This document shows positions 1 to 9,677 of a stretch of DNA of 64,000 nt, piece after piece. Within the stretch, counting starts at the first letter, position 1. Every line of letters begins with the position of its first letter. Source of the stretch: Deltaproteobacteria bacterium (GTDB lineage: Bacteria > Myxococcota > Kuafuiibacteriia > Kuafuiibacteriales > Kuafuiibacteriaceae); NCBI GenBank assembly GCA_040218735.1, contig JAVJQW010000057.1, forward strand, positions 96,001-160,000, given 5' to 3'. Both the position numbers and the translations under genes were made by a program. Under the pieces are notes generated by a model. The model saw only the letters and a list, made by a program, of their open reading frames with translations. It had not been told where the DNA came from and made no database searches.

Positions 1-1
1 C

Positions 2-2002
2 CTCAACCAGATCTTCCTCGGGAACCAGGCCTACGGCGTCCAGTCCGCGGCCGAGTACTACTTCCGGAAAGACGTCGCGGACCTGAACGTCGCGGAGATC
101 GCGCTGCTCGCCGGCCTGCCGCAGGCGCCGTCGCGGTACTCCCCGTTCTTACACCCCAAGCGCGCGAAGTCGCGCCGCGAGTACGTGCTGCGACGCATGC
201 TCGAGGAGGGCATCATCACCGAGACCGAGCTCCTCGAGGCCAAGGAGACGCCGATCGTCGTCTACTACGCGCCGAACGTGTCGCGCGAGGTGACGCCGTA
301 CTTCACCGAGCACGTCCGCCGCGAGCTGTTCGAGCGCTTCGACGAAAAGCAGGTCCTCACGGGCGGGCTGCAGGTCTACACGACGGTCGACGCCGAGCGG
401 TACCGCGCCGCCGAGGACTCCGTGTACGACAACCTCCGCATGGTCGACAAACGCCAGGGCTACCGCGGCCCGCTGGCGCGCATCCCGACCAAGGAGGGGC
501 GCGACAAGTTCCTGGAGGCCTACAGCGAGGAGCTGCGACACCTCGACCGCTACGCCAAGCTCGAGGACGGCGAGCTGTACGTCGGGATGATCACGAAGGT
601 CGACCGCAAGTCGAACAACATCGCGGTGAAGATCGGACCGCACGACGCGATCCTCCCGCTCGCCACGATGCGTTGGGCGCGCAGCGTCGACCCGCAGGTT
701 TGGTTCGAGCGCGGCCTCAACGACAAGATCCCGAAGAAGCGCCGAGAGGACGGCAAGTGGGTGAAGGCCTTCGAGCGCGGTGACCTCCTCCTCGTCCGCA
801 CCACGACGATGGAGGTGATCAAGAAGGATCGCTACGCGTACCCGTACCTCAAGTCGATCCCCAAGGACGCCGGACAGCTCGTCGCGCTCGAGCAGGAGCC
901 GAACCTCGAGACGGCCCTCCTCTCCGTCCACTCCGAGAGCGGCTACGTGATGGCGATGATCGGCGGCTACGCGTTCGACCGCAGCGAGTTCAACCGCGCG
1001 CTGCAGGCGTGCCGGCAGCCGGGATCTTCGTTCAAGCCGGTGGTGTACAGCGCGGCGCTCGCGCTCAAGGGCTGGACCGCCTCGACCAAGGTGCTCGACG
1101 CCCCCGTCGCGTTCGACGACCCCGAGGCGAAGCGCCGCTGGAAGCCGAGCAACTTCGACGTGAAGTTCATGGGCGAGGTCACGCTGCGGACCGCGCTGCA
1201 GAACTCGATGAACATCCCGGCCATCCGTGTCCTGGACGCGGTCGGCCTCGACGAAGCGATCACCTACGCGAAGCGCCTCGGCATCAAGAGCGAGCTGCGG
1301 CCCGAGCTGGGGCTCGCGCTCGGCGCGTCGTGTGTGACGATGGGTGAGCTCGCGAACGTCTACCAGCTGTTCGCCAACTACGGTCGGCGCGTCCCGCGCC
1401 GGTTCATCACCCGCGTGGTCGATCGCGACGGAAAGGTCCTCTTCGACGGCGGTTGGTACGGCGACCCGTGGTCGGGCGTCGCGCTCAAGATCGAGCGCGC
1501 GGTGCGGGAGACGGACGAGCCGCCGGAGCAGGTCATCGAGGAGCAGGTCGGCTTCCTCACCACGAAGCTCATGCGCAATGTGGTCCTCGGCGGCACCGGC
1601 ACCGGCGCGCAGCGCATCGGGGTACCGGTCGCGGGCAAGACCGGGACGACGAACGACAGCTTCGACGCCTGGTTCGTCGGCTTCACCACGGAGATCACCA
1701 CCGCGGCGTGGGTCGGCTACGACGACTACGTCATCCCGATGGGCCGCTACGAACAGGGCGGCCGCGCGGCGCTCCCGGTGTGGGTCGACTACATGAAGGC
1801 GGCGGTGAAGAAGAAGACCGACGAGTTCGAGCCTCCGGAGGACATCGTGTTCGTGCGCATCGACCCGAAGACCGGCATGCGCGCGCGCGCCGACACCGTG
1901 GGCTCGGTGCGTGAGGCGTACCGACGCGGGAGTGAACCCGAAGAGTTCGTCGCGAAGGCCGGTGAAGCGCGGCCCGACGAGTTCTTCATGCTCGACAACT
2001 GA
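2..2002 (+). CDS. mrcA: Penicillin-binding protein 1A family (transglycosylase/transpeptidase), 5'-truncated by the window edge
   Basis: Frame is open from base 2 (LNQIFLGNQAYGVQSAAEYYF...LAGLPQAPS, transglycosylase motifs). Transpeptidase motifs RQPGSSFK (SxxK), SMN (SxN) and KTGT are present. Confidence 0.93.
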   Translation, partial: LNQIFLGNQAYGVQSAAEYYFRKDVADLNVAEIALLAGLPQAPSRYSPFLHPKRAKSRREYVLRRMLEEGIITETELLEAKETPIVVYYAPNVSREVTPYFTEHVRRELFERFDEKQVLTGGLQVYTTVDAERYRAAEDSVYDNLRMVDKRQGYRGPLARIPTKEGRDKFLEAYSEELRHLDRYAKLEDGELYVGMITKVDRKSNNIAVKIGPHDAILPLATMRWARSVDPQVWFERGLNDKIPKKRREDGKWVKAFERGDLLLVRTTTMEVIKKDRYAYPYLKSIPKDAGQLVALEQEPNLETALLSVHSESGYVMAMIGGYAFDRSEFNRALQACRQPGSSFKPVVYSAALALKGWTASTKVLDAPVAFDDPEAKRRWKPSNFDVKFMGEVTLRTALQNSMNIPAIRVLDAVGLDEAITYAKRLGIKSELRPELGLALGASCVTMGELANVYQLFANYGRRVPRRFITRVVDRDGKVLFDGGWYGDPWSGVALKIERAVRETDEPPEQVIEEQVGFLTTKLMRNVVLGGTGTGAQRIGVPVAGKTGTTNDSFDAWFVGFTTEITTAAWVGYDDYVIPMGRYEQGGRAALPVWVDYMKAAVKKKTDEFEPPEDIVFVRIDPKTGMRARADTVGSVREAYRRGSEPEEFVAKAGEARPDEFFMLDN

Positions 2003-2799
2003 TGCTCCGCCGGGACACCAGGTTCGAAGCGCGCCGCGCGGCGGAGCGTCCCCCGGGCGGCGGCGGCCGTTCGCGTCGGATCGAGATGATCCAGTACGAG
2101 GAGGACGTCCCGCTGGTCGACCACAAGGGTCGCAGCAAGCCGCTCTACAAGGCGTCGCGCCCGAAGCCCGCGTCCTGGCGCCCCTCGCGCTTCACGCGTC
2201 TGATCCTCGGCTTGTTCCCCGGCGTCCGCGCGATGGCGCTCGCCGACATGAAGAACGGGCTGTTCTACGCCCTCCCCGGCATCGCGGTCGCGGTGACGGC
2301 GGTGCTGCTCTTCAACGCGTGGGCGAAGAGCTACGAGACGTTCCAGGTCCTCGCGATGAAGGAGAAGTGGCTCCTGTACCACGCCGCGGCGTTGCTCGGT
2401 GCGGTGCTGCTGTTCGAGCTCCTCCGCATGCTCGCCGCGCTCGACGAGAACATCCGCGGGCCCAGCGCGCCGCGCGCCCTCGCGGCGTTGTTCGTGCCGA
2501 GCCTCGCGGTCCTCTACGCCGCGCCGAAGGTCGTCAGCTTCTGGCCGCGCCTCGTCGAAGCCGCTGCGCTCGCCAGCGGCGTGCTCCTCCTCGGCGCCCT
2601 CCCCGCCGCGGTGTGGTCGATCGGTATGGCGTTCGCGCGCTCACCGCGCGCCGAGAAGATCTTGCGATGGACGTGCGTGGGCATCGGCGCGGTCGGCTTC
2701 CTCGCGGCTGGCGTCGTGTTCACGACGATGGGCGACACGGTGGCCGCTGCGCTCACGCGACGCGGCTTCGAAGTGCTCCCCGCGCTCCTCCTCGGCTAG
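2002..2799 (+). CDS. Hypothetical multi-pass membrane protein
   Basis: TGATG overlap with the PBP1A stop; about 5-6 hydrophobic segments; GC3-biased codons. Confidence 0.7.
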   Translation: MLRRDTRFEARRAAERPPGGGGRSRRIEMIQYEEDVPLVDHKGRSKPLYKASRPKPASWRPSRFTRLILGLFPGVRAMALADMKNGLFYALPGIAVAVTAVLLFNAWAKSYETFQVLAMKEKWLLYHAAALLGAVLLFELLRMLAALDENIRGPSAPRALAALFVPSLAVLYAAPKVVSFWPRLVEAAALASGVLLLGALPAAVWSIGMAFARSPRAEKILRWTCVGIGAVGFLAAGVVFTTMGDTVAAALTRRGFEVLPALLLG

Positions 2800-2807
2800 T
2801 CACCTGA

Positions 2808-3854
2808 CTAGCGCTTGGCCTTCCGCCCCTGGATCCGCGTGCGCACCTCGCCGTGGACGAGGTCCAGGACGTTGTCGCTCCGCAGGAAGTCGTTCGGGAA
2901 CAACAGCGGCGCCTCGCTGAGCGCGTCGAGCTTCGCGACGTGCTCCGGCGTGAGCTCGACGTCGACGCAGCCGAGGGAGTCGGTGATCTGCTCGACCTTC
3001 CGCGCGCCGACGATCGGGATGTAGCGGTAGCCGCGGCTCCGCACCCACGCGAGCGCGACCTGCGCGGACGTCTTGCCGAGCTCGTCGGCGGTCGCGTCGA
3101 CGGCGCGGGCGATCGTCAGGTTCTTCTCCGAAGTACGGCCGCGCGCTTCGTTCGAGCCCTTCCTCAACGAGTCGACGTCCGTGCCCCGGGTGTATTTGCC
3201 GGTGAGCACGCCGCCGCCGAGGGGGCCCCACGCGACGACGGAGAGATCGAAGTGGTCACTCATCGCGAGGAGCTCTTGCTCCACCGTGCGCTGCAGCAGG
3301 CTGTACTCGATCTGCAGGCCGACGTACTGCGTCCAGCCGCGCAGCTCCGCGAGGACGTTGCTCGCCGAGACGACCCATGCCGGCGTGTCACTCACGCCGA
3401 CGTAGAGGACCTTGCCCGAGCGCACGAGATCGTCGAGCCCGCGCATCGTCTCCTCGAACGGGGTGTACGGATCCCAGGCGTGCACCCACAGCAGATCGAT
3501 GTAGTCGGTGCGCAGCCGCTTCAAGCTCCCCTCGACCGCGCGCACCAGGTTCTTGCGCTGGTTGCCGGCGCTGTTCGGGTCAGCGTGGTCCATCGCGAGG
3601 GTGTACTTCGTCGCGACGACCTGGCCGTCCCGCTTGCCCTCGAGCCACCGGCCCACGATCTCTTCGGTCTCGCCGTTGTGGTACTTGTTCGCGGTGTCGA
3701 GGAAGTTGCCGCCCGCCTCGGCGTAGGCGTCGAGGACGGCGTGGCTGGTCTTCTCGTCCGCGCCGAAGCCCCAGTCTTCGCCGAAGCTCATCGTGCCGAG
3801 GCAGACCTCGCTGACGCGGAGGCCGGATTTTCCAAGGAGTCGATAGTCGAGCAT
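2808..3854 (-). CDS. Aldo/keto reductase
   Basis: LGKSGLRVSEVCLGTMSFG, DTANKY, ATK, SLKRLRTDYIDLLWVH, GKVLYVGVS, QIEYSL and PIVGAR motifs. Confidence 0.95.
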   Translation of the reverse strand: MLDYRLLGKSGLRVSEVCLGTMSFGEDWGFGADEKTSHAVLDAYAEAGGNFLDTANKYHNGETEEIVGRWLEGKRDGQVVATKYTLAMDHADPNSAGNQRKNLVRAVEGSLKRLRTDYIDLLWVHAWDPYTPFEETMRGLDDLVRSGKVLYVGVSDTPAWVVSASNVLAELRGWTQYVGLQIEYSLLQRTVEQELLAMSDHFDLSVVAWGPLGGGVLTGKYTRGTDVDSLRKGSNEARGRTSEKNLTIARAVDATADELGKTSAQVALAWVRSRGYRYIPIVGARKVEQITDSLGCVDVELTPEHVAKLDALSEAPLLFPNDFLRSDNVLDLVHGEVRTRIQGRKAKR

Positions 3855-4050
3855 CGGCCCCTCGAATCACCTCGCGGGGGGCCGTGCAACCCGGACCGCG
3901 CGTGCGTCCGGCCGACCGGACCGCGGTCTCGTTTCCGACGGGACAAACGGCCGCTTCGAGCGGGGTCGGCGCGGATCCGATCCGGGGGCGGCGTCGTAAC
4001 GTGACTGGACGAACCGTCGTAGTCCACCTTACCTTGGAGTACCTTCCCTG

Positions 4051-6063
4051 ATGAGCTCGTCGATCCAGCCCCAGCAGCCCCGTGTCCCCATTCCGGCCGT
4101 CGAGCTGAAGCCGATCGAGCCGCCGTCGAACAGCGTGGTGCAGGCTGCGGTGTCGGCGCCGGGCTTCGGGCCGGTCGTTTTCGCGCACACCGCCGAGGCG
4201 CAGTCGGTGCGGTCGACGCTGTACGGAGTCGGGCAGCAGATCGCCGGTGCGATCCGCGGCGCGAACGATCTGGGCGGGAAGACCTCGTACACCCAAGTGC
4301 TGAGCCGGCTGCGCAGCCTCGAGAAGGCGTTCAGCTCGAACGCGCTCTCCGGGGCCTGGTTGCAAGGCACGTTGACGCACGAGGAGCAGTGGGCGACCGG
4401 CCTCGACTTCGGTCGGTCGCTCCGCGCGCTGTCGCAAGCCATGGCGGGGGCGATGGACAAGCTGACCCCCGCGCAGCAGACGGAGATCGAAGCGCAGTTC
4501 AAGAGCCTTCGCTCCGCGATGGCGGACGGCGTCGGTGCGCTGCCGAGCGTCCGGCTCCCGCCGCCGCTCGCGACGACGAACGCCCAGGGGATGCGGCTCG
4601 AGACCAACGACGTCGAGCTGCTGAAGTTCGCGGCTTCGGTGCCGAAGGAGCTGTCGCCGATCCTGCAGGAGATCCTGCACGCGAACCCGGGTGACCCGAT
4701 GAACGTGCTCGATATCCTCGCGGCGAAGGACGAGCCGCTGGTGGAGCTGAAGCGCCTCGCGCTGATGTTCGGCCCGGGCGACGCCAAGGAGCTGCGCGCG
4801 AACCTGAGCGGCGACCTCGGCTACCGCGGCGCGACGATCGAGTCGGACGCCAAGTCGCTGCTCGACGGCTTCGGCGTGAAGGACACGGAGCCGCTCTTCG
4901 ACATGTACGCGACCGCGCGTGAGGCGTTCAAACGTGGCGCGGCGGGTGCGGAGGGTGTCGACGGCAACTCGATGGATCAGCCGGGCTGGATCCACACCCG
5001 CCTCGAGATGCCGCACAGCATGGAGAGCCTCGGCGTGGTGCAAGACGCCTTGCCGGCGGATCAGCAGAGCGCGGTGAATTGGCCGCGCCTCGCGAAGTCG
5101 GTGTGGTTGGGGACGCTCGGGTCCGACCTGTTCAAGAAGCAGGGGCTGCAGAGCGTGCTGACCCACAACCGCGACGGCGCGGAGCTGATGGTGCCGCTGC
5201 TCGCGGCGCGACACCTCGGTGACCTCGACGAGCCGGAGAACCACGTCGTCGTGAGCCAGGGGAAGCGGTTCGCGCACGACCACCAGATCATGCCGGCGGA
5301 CATGATGGCGATGATCGCGAACCTCGAGTACGGCTTCGGTCGTGAGGACACCGCGTCGCTCCGCGCGAAGATCGCGGACCCGTTCGCGGCGCCGAGCAAG
5401 AACGGCGAGCTGATCTTCGACGACGCGGAGCAAGCTCTGTTGCGCGAGAAGGGCATCTCGGGCTGGGCGGTGCCGTCGGCCGAGGGTGACATCGAGCGCC
5501 TCGTCGGTGGCCTCGCGGTCATCCTCGGCGACGCGATGCAGTACGGCAGCTCCGACGCCGGCTACAAGTACGCGGTGTCGCTGCGCGGGCCGGACACGTT
5601 CCTTCACAACCCGATCATCTCCTCGCGTGCGTTCGAGCAGCTCCACCCCGACCGGATGGGTGAGCTGGAGGCGGGGGCGAGCATCGAGGACCAGCGCGGC
5701 GGGCTCGAGTCCGCGTTCGACGGGAGCCACGCCGACTGCATCGCGACGTTGAAGAAGGGTGAGTCGGTGTTCGGCGCGCACCTCGCGAACGCGGCGGCGC
5801 AGCACCTCGACCAGGCGCGGGAGCGGTTCGCCGCGCGCATCCCCGAGGTGACGAAGTTCGTGGACGAGCGCGTCCGCGCGCAGACCGGGGATCGGCCGGT
5901 GCACTACTGGGACACGTTGGTCCCGCCGGTGCCGAAGGGTGAAAAGCTCGCGCCCGAGGTCGAGGCCGATGTGAAGCTGGTGAAGGAGGCATTCGCGGCG
6001 GCGATCGACGAGCTGTTCCAGGTGCCGCCGAAGCCGTTCGAGCTGGAAGGGAGCGCGAAGTGA
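4051..6063 (+). CDS. Hypothetical 670-aa protein with a possible HD-like metal-dependent phosphohydrolase core
   Basis: Long ORF with host-like codon bias. Low-complexity S/P/Q N-terminus; spaced motifs WIHT...GSDLFK...THNRDGA...AHDHQ...ILGDA. Confidence 0.75.
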   Translation: MSSSIQPQQPRVPIPAVELKPIEPPSNSVVQAAVSAPGFGPVVFAHTAEAQSVRSTLYGVGQQIAGAIRGANDLGGKTSYTQVLSRLRSLEKAFSSNALSGAWLQGTLTHEEQWATGLDFGRSLRALSQAMAGAMDKLTPAQQTEIEAQFKSLRSAMADGVGALPSVRLPPPLATTNAQGMRLETNDVELLKFAASVPKELSPILQEILHANPGDPMNVLDILAAKDEPLVELKRLALMFGPGDAKELRANLSGDLGYRGATIESDAKSLLDGFGVKDTEPLFDMYATAREAFKRGAAGAEGVDGNSMDQPGWIHTRLEMPHSMESLGVVQDALPADQQSAVNWPRLAKSVWLGTLGSDLFKKQGLQSVLTHNRDGAELMVPLLAARHLGDLDEPENHVVVSQGKRFAHDHQIMPADMMAMIANLEYGFGREDTASLRAKIADPFAAPSKNGELIFDDAEQALLREKGISGWAVPSAEGDIERLVGGLAVILGDAMQYGSSDAGYKYAVSLRGPDTFLHNPIISSRAFEQLHPDRMGELEAGASIEDQRGGLESAFDGSHADCIATLKKGESVFGAHLANAAAQHLDQARERFAARIPEVTKFVDERVRAQTGDRPVHYWDTLVPPVPKGEKLAPEVEADVKLVKEAFAAAIDELFQVPPKPFELEGSAK

Positions 6064-6230
6064 TGACGAACCTCGAAGAACTCACGACCGAAGAGCTGAG
6101 GACGAAGCAAGAGGTGTTGTCGTCCGCAGGCACGCAGGCGGCGGCGCACGGCGTCGAGTTGCCCGAGACCGCGCGCGACGAGTACGATCGCATTACGGCG
6201 GAGCTGTTGCGGCGGAGAGCCGCGAGCTGA
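6063..6230 (+). CDS. Small 55-aa helical protein (absent from the ORF track)
   Basis: ATG overlaps the upstream stop (TGATG at 6061-6065). Translates MTNLEELTTEELRTKQEVLSSAGTQAAAHGVELPETARDEYDRITAELLRRRAAS*. Confidence 0.65.
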   Translation: MTNLEELTTEELRTKQEVLSSAGTQAAAHGVELPETARDEYDRITAELLRRRAAS

Positions 6231-6288
6231 ACGAATTCCGGAGGCGTTCGCCTTGACCGCGTGAAGTCGGCTTCGCCAACGTGAACGT

Positions 6289-6591
6289 ATGGCCGACGAG
6301 CTGACGACGCAGATCCTCATCGAGATCCGCGACGCGACCCGCGCGACGAACGAGCGCCTGGACCGCGCCGTGGAGCGCCTGGACGGGCGCCTCGACGAGA
6401 CGAACCAGCGTCTGGATCAGACCAACGAGCGCCTGGGTATCCTCGCCAAGCTCACGCAGAGCATCGACGGCCGCCTCGAGAAGATCGAGGCGCGCGAGCC
6501 CGACCGGCTCTTCCTCCCGCGCCGCGTCGACCGCCTCGAAGCCGACCGCGACGATCACGAGGCCCGGCTCGCTGCGCTCGAGCGCGGTTGA
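6289..6591 (+). CDS. Hypothetical coiled-coil protein
   Basis: Heptad-like repeats TNERLD/VERLD/TNQRLD/TNERL; TTGACC -35-like hexamer upstream. Confidence 0.75.
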   Translation: MADELTTQILIEIRDATRATNERLDRAVERLDGRLDETNQRLDQTNERLGILAKLTQSIDGRLEKIEAREPDRLFLPRRVDRLEADRDDHEARLAALERG

Positions 6592-6633
6592 ACGCTTGCC
6601 TCCCGCGATCGGCGGACATAGCCTCCGCCGCCG

Positions 6634-6888
6634 ATGAACACCCGTACCCTCTTCGTCCTCGGCCTGTTCGGCGCCACTTTGGCCTGCGCCTCCCTCGACT
6701 CCGCCGCGAACAGCGGATCCGACATGGCCAAGAAGAACCTCGGTCACACGGACACGGCGACGAAGGCCGCCGTCGTCGACGAGAAGAAGGAAGCCGCCGA
6801 CATGGAGAAGGCCGCCGAGTCCGGGATGGAGAACGCCGAGGAGACGACCGAGGCGGAGACCGAGGCCGGCGCCGACAGCGGCGAATGA
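6634..6888 (+). CDS. Small acidic lipoprotein
   Basis: Signal peptide with lipobox (MNTRTLFVLGLFGATLA-C); E/A-rich tail. Confidence 0.7.
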   Translation: MNTRTLFVLGLFGATLACASLDSAANSGSDMAKKNLGHTDTATKAAVVDEKKEAADMEKAAESGMENAEETTEAETEAGADSGE

Positions 6889-6998
6889 ATCGGGAGCCCC
6901 CTTACTCCTCCTGAATTCTCGGAGCGTGGGGCGCGGCGCAATTCGCGCCTACCGAGTTTCGGTGACGATCGCGCATCCCTGCGCTACAACCTCCTTCG

Positions 6999-9185
6999 AT
7001 GAAGCCATCGATCCGCGGGTTCCTCGCGTGGGCGATGGCTCGCGCGATCGAGCGACCCGGCCTCGCGTTCGCGGGGCTCGCGGGGATCATCGTCCAGGTC
7101 GCGTGCTCCCTCGCGATGCCGCTGACGATGGAGTACCTGATCGACGACGTCATCCCGACGCAGGACTACGGGGCGCTCGCCGTCGCCGTGGGGATCGTCG
7201 CCGCCGCCACCCTCTCCTACTTCCTCGGCGGCCTCACCGTGGACTACACGACCTCGCGCCTCGCGGCGGCGATCGTTGGTGATGTCCGCCTGACGATGTT
7301 CCGCCGGGTGCAGACCGCGCCGGCGTCGTTCTTCGCGACGCACAGCGAAGGGGAGATCGTCACCCGCTTCGGCACCGACGCGATCACGATCGAGACCACG
7401 ATCATCCGCGCCCTCCCCGTCGCGATTCGCCGGTTCCTGAAGATCATCTGCGCCGGCGTGATCCTCTTCTCGATGGAGTGGCGCGTCGCGCTCCTAGTGT
7501 TCGCCGCGCTCCCGTTCACCATCCTCTTGTCGCGCCCGTTCGGGAAACGCGGCACCGCCGCCGACATCGAGCGCAAGGACGGCGAAGGCGAAGTCACGAA
7601 GCTCGTGCAAGAGAGCTTCGCTTCCCACATGGTCGTGCGCGCGTTCGAGCTCGAGGCGCACCTGGCGGATCGCTTCGGCGCCGCGCTCGAACACGTGCGC
7701 GCGACGAGCGCGCGGAGCAACATGCTCTACGCGACGACCGGGTCCGTCAGCTCCCTCGGCATCGCGGTCCTCGAGCTCGCGGTGATGGGGACGGGCGCGC
7801 TGGTCGTGGTCGGAGGCGGCATGACCGTCGGGCTCCTCGTCGCGTTCCTCGGACTGTTCCGCAACGTCTCGGCGGCCGCGCGCGGGCTGACCGAGATGAT
7901 GCCCACGCTCCTCAACGGGGCGACGAGCCTCGCGCGCACGTCGGACCTCCTCGCGCTCGTTCCCCCGGGCGTCGACGAGGGCGGAACGAAGCCGCTCGGC
8001 CCGCTCGCGAACGCCATCCGCTTCGAACGCGTGGACTTCGCATACGCGACGAGCAACGCCAGCGGTTCGAGCCCGCTCACCCTCGCCGGCGTCGAGCTGG
8101 AGCTCCCGGCCAAACGGCGCGTCGCTTTCGTGGGGCGCTCCGGGTCCGGCAAGTCGACGACGCTGTCGCTGTTGATGCGGCTGCAGGCGCCGACCGCCGG
8201 CCGCATCACGTACGACGGCGTCGACCTCGACGAAGCGCGCCCCTCCAGCCTCCGCGCGCAGACCGCGGTGGTCCTCCAGGACACCGGGCTGTTCGACGCG
8301 ACCATCCGCGAGAACATCCGGTGCGGTCGGCTCGACGCCGACACCGAGGCGATCGAACGTGCGGCGAAGCGCGCGCGCATCCACGACGTCATCGAGAGCT
8401 TCGAAGACGGCTACGACACGATCGTCGGCGCGCGTGGCGCACGACTCTCCGGCGGACAACGCCAACGTGTCGCCATCGCGCGCGCGCTCGTGCGTGACCC
8501 CTCGCTCCTCCTCCTCGACGAGGCGACCTCCGCGCTCGACCCCGCCGCGGAGGCCGAGGTGAACGACACCATCCGCGACGCGTGCGACGGCCAGACCGTG
8601 GTCGCCGTGACCCACCGTCTCAACTCGGTCGTCGACTACGACCTGATCGTGGTCTTCGACGGCGGGCGCGTCGTCGAGCGCGGCACACACCAGGAGCTCC
8701 TCGAATCCGGCGGCGTCTACGCGGACCTGTGGCAGAAACAGAGCGGCTTCGTCGTCAAACCCGACGGCAGCGACGCGCGCGTCAGCGCAGAGCGCCTGGA
8801 GCTGATCCCCTTCCTCGCGTCGGCGCCGCTGGAGGCGCTCCAGATCCTCGCCGACGATCTCCGCACCGCGCGCTTCGCTGCCGGCGAGGTCGTGTTCGAG
8901 GCCGGCGACCCCGGCGACCGCTTCTTCCTCATCGCGCGCGGACGCCTGGAGGCCTACCTGGGCGAAGGCGACGAAGCGCGCATCCTCAGCGTCATGGAGG
9001 ACGGTGACTTCTTCGGCGAGATCGCGCTCGTCGAAGCCGGCGTGCGCACCGCATCGGTGCGCGCGGTGACCGACAGCCTGTGCCTCACGCTCACGCGCGC
9101 GAAATTCGAGCGCCTCCTCGCCGAGCACCCGGCGCTGTCGCGTGAGGTGCTTCAGACCGCGCAGCGGCGACTCGCCAACGGGTAG
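6999..9185 (+). CDS. ABC exporter (TMD-NBD, MsbA/MdlB-like) with a C-terminal cyclic-nucleotide-binding domain
   Basis: N-terminal TM domain; Walker A GRSGSGKS, signature LSGGQRQR, Walker B LLLLDEATSALD, H-loop VTHRL; C-terminal GDPGDRFFLIARG...GDFFGEIAL...VRTASV. Confidence 0.92.
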   Translation: MKPSIRGFLAWAMARAIERPGLAFAGLAGIIVQVACSLAMPLTMEYLIDDVIPTQDYGALAVAVGIVAAATLSYFLGGLTVDYTTSRLAAAIVGDVRLTMFRRVQTAPASFFATHSEGEIVTRFGTDAITIETTIIRALPVAIRRFLKIICAGVILFSMEWRVALLVFAALPFTILLSRPFGKRGTAADIERKDGEGEVTKLVQESFASHMVVRAFELEAHLADRFGAALEHVRATSARSNMLYATTGSVSSLGIAVLELAVMGTGALVVVGGGMTVGLLVAFLGLFRNVSAAARGLTEMMPTLLNGATSLARTSDLLALVPPGVDEGGTKPLGPLANAIRFERVDFAYATSNASGSSPLTLAGVELELPAKRRVAFVGRSGSGKSTTLSLLMRLQAPTAGRITYDGVDLDEARPSSLRAQTAVVLQDTGLFDATIRENIRCGRLDADTEAIERAAKRARIHDVIESFEDGYDTIVGARGARLSGGQRQRVAIARALVRDPSLLLLDEATSALDPAAEAEVNDTIRDACDGQTVVAVTHRLNSVVDYDLIVVFDGGRVVERGTHQELLESGGVYADLWQKQSGFVVKPDGSDARVSAERLELIPFLASAPLEALQILADDLRTARFAAGEVVFEAGDPGDRFFLIARGRLEAYLGEGDEARILSVMEDGDFFGEIALVEAGVRTASVRAVTDSLCLTLTRAKFERLLAEHPALSREVLQTAQRRLANG

Positions 9186-9191
9186 GAGGGA

Positions 9192-9677
9192 TCAGCGCCG
9201 GAGCGCGGCGCGGATCTCGGCTTCGCTCGCCTGCAGCGACAGCGAGAGCAGGACGCCGTTGAGGCGCTGAACGTCCTTCGCGAGCTGACGCGCGACCGCG
9301 AGCTGGAACCGTCGCGACGCGGGGACACCGCTCTTCGCGAGGATGTCGAAAGCCGCCTTGCGGAGCGTGGCCGCGCGGACCGGCTCCATCGCGGTGCAGG
9401 TCGCCGTGCGGCGGCCGCCGTCGATGAGCGAGACCAACCCGAACAGCTGCCCGGGCCCGAGCTCGCCGAGGCGATCGACGCTGTCGCCTCGGCGCTGCGT
9501 GACCGCGACGCGGCCGGAGAGGATCAGGTACGCCTCGTGGCCCTTGTCGCCCTCCTCGGAGAAGACGTGGCCGGCGGGGTGGTTCGCGACCTCGAGGAGC
9601 GGCGCGAGCGCCGAGAGCTCCTCGGTCGAGAAGTCGGCGAGCAGCTCGCTCGCGACGAGCAGATCGTAGTCCTTCAC
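9192..9677 (-). CDS. Stand-alone cyclic-nucleotide-binding domain protein (no HTH)
   Basis: GTG start overlaps the upstream stop (GTGA, 9674-9677). VFSEEGDKGHEAYLILSGRV...GPGQLFGLVSLIDGGRRTATC. Confidence 0.85.
   Translation of the reverse strand: MKDYDLLVASELLADFSTEELSALAPLLEVANHPAGHVFSEEGDKGHEAYLILSGRVAVTQRRGDSVDRLGELGPGQLFGLVSLIDGGRRTATCTAMEPVRAATLRKAAFDILAKSGVPASRRFQLAVARQLAKDVQRLNGVLLSLSLQASEAEIRAALRR

Noticed and set aside
3580-5904. 774-aa minus-strand ORF, and similar long shadow ORFs (16137-18506, 20324-22612, 24049-27117, 45877-47793)
   Set aside because: They overlap well-supported genes on the opposite strand and have R/G/A/V-rich, motif-free translations typical of high-GC shadow frames.
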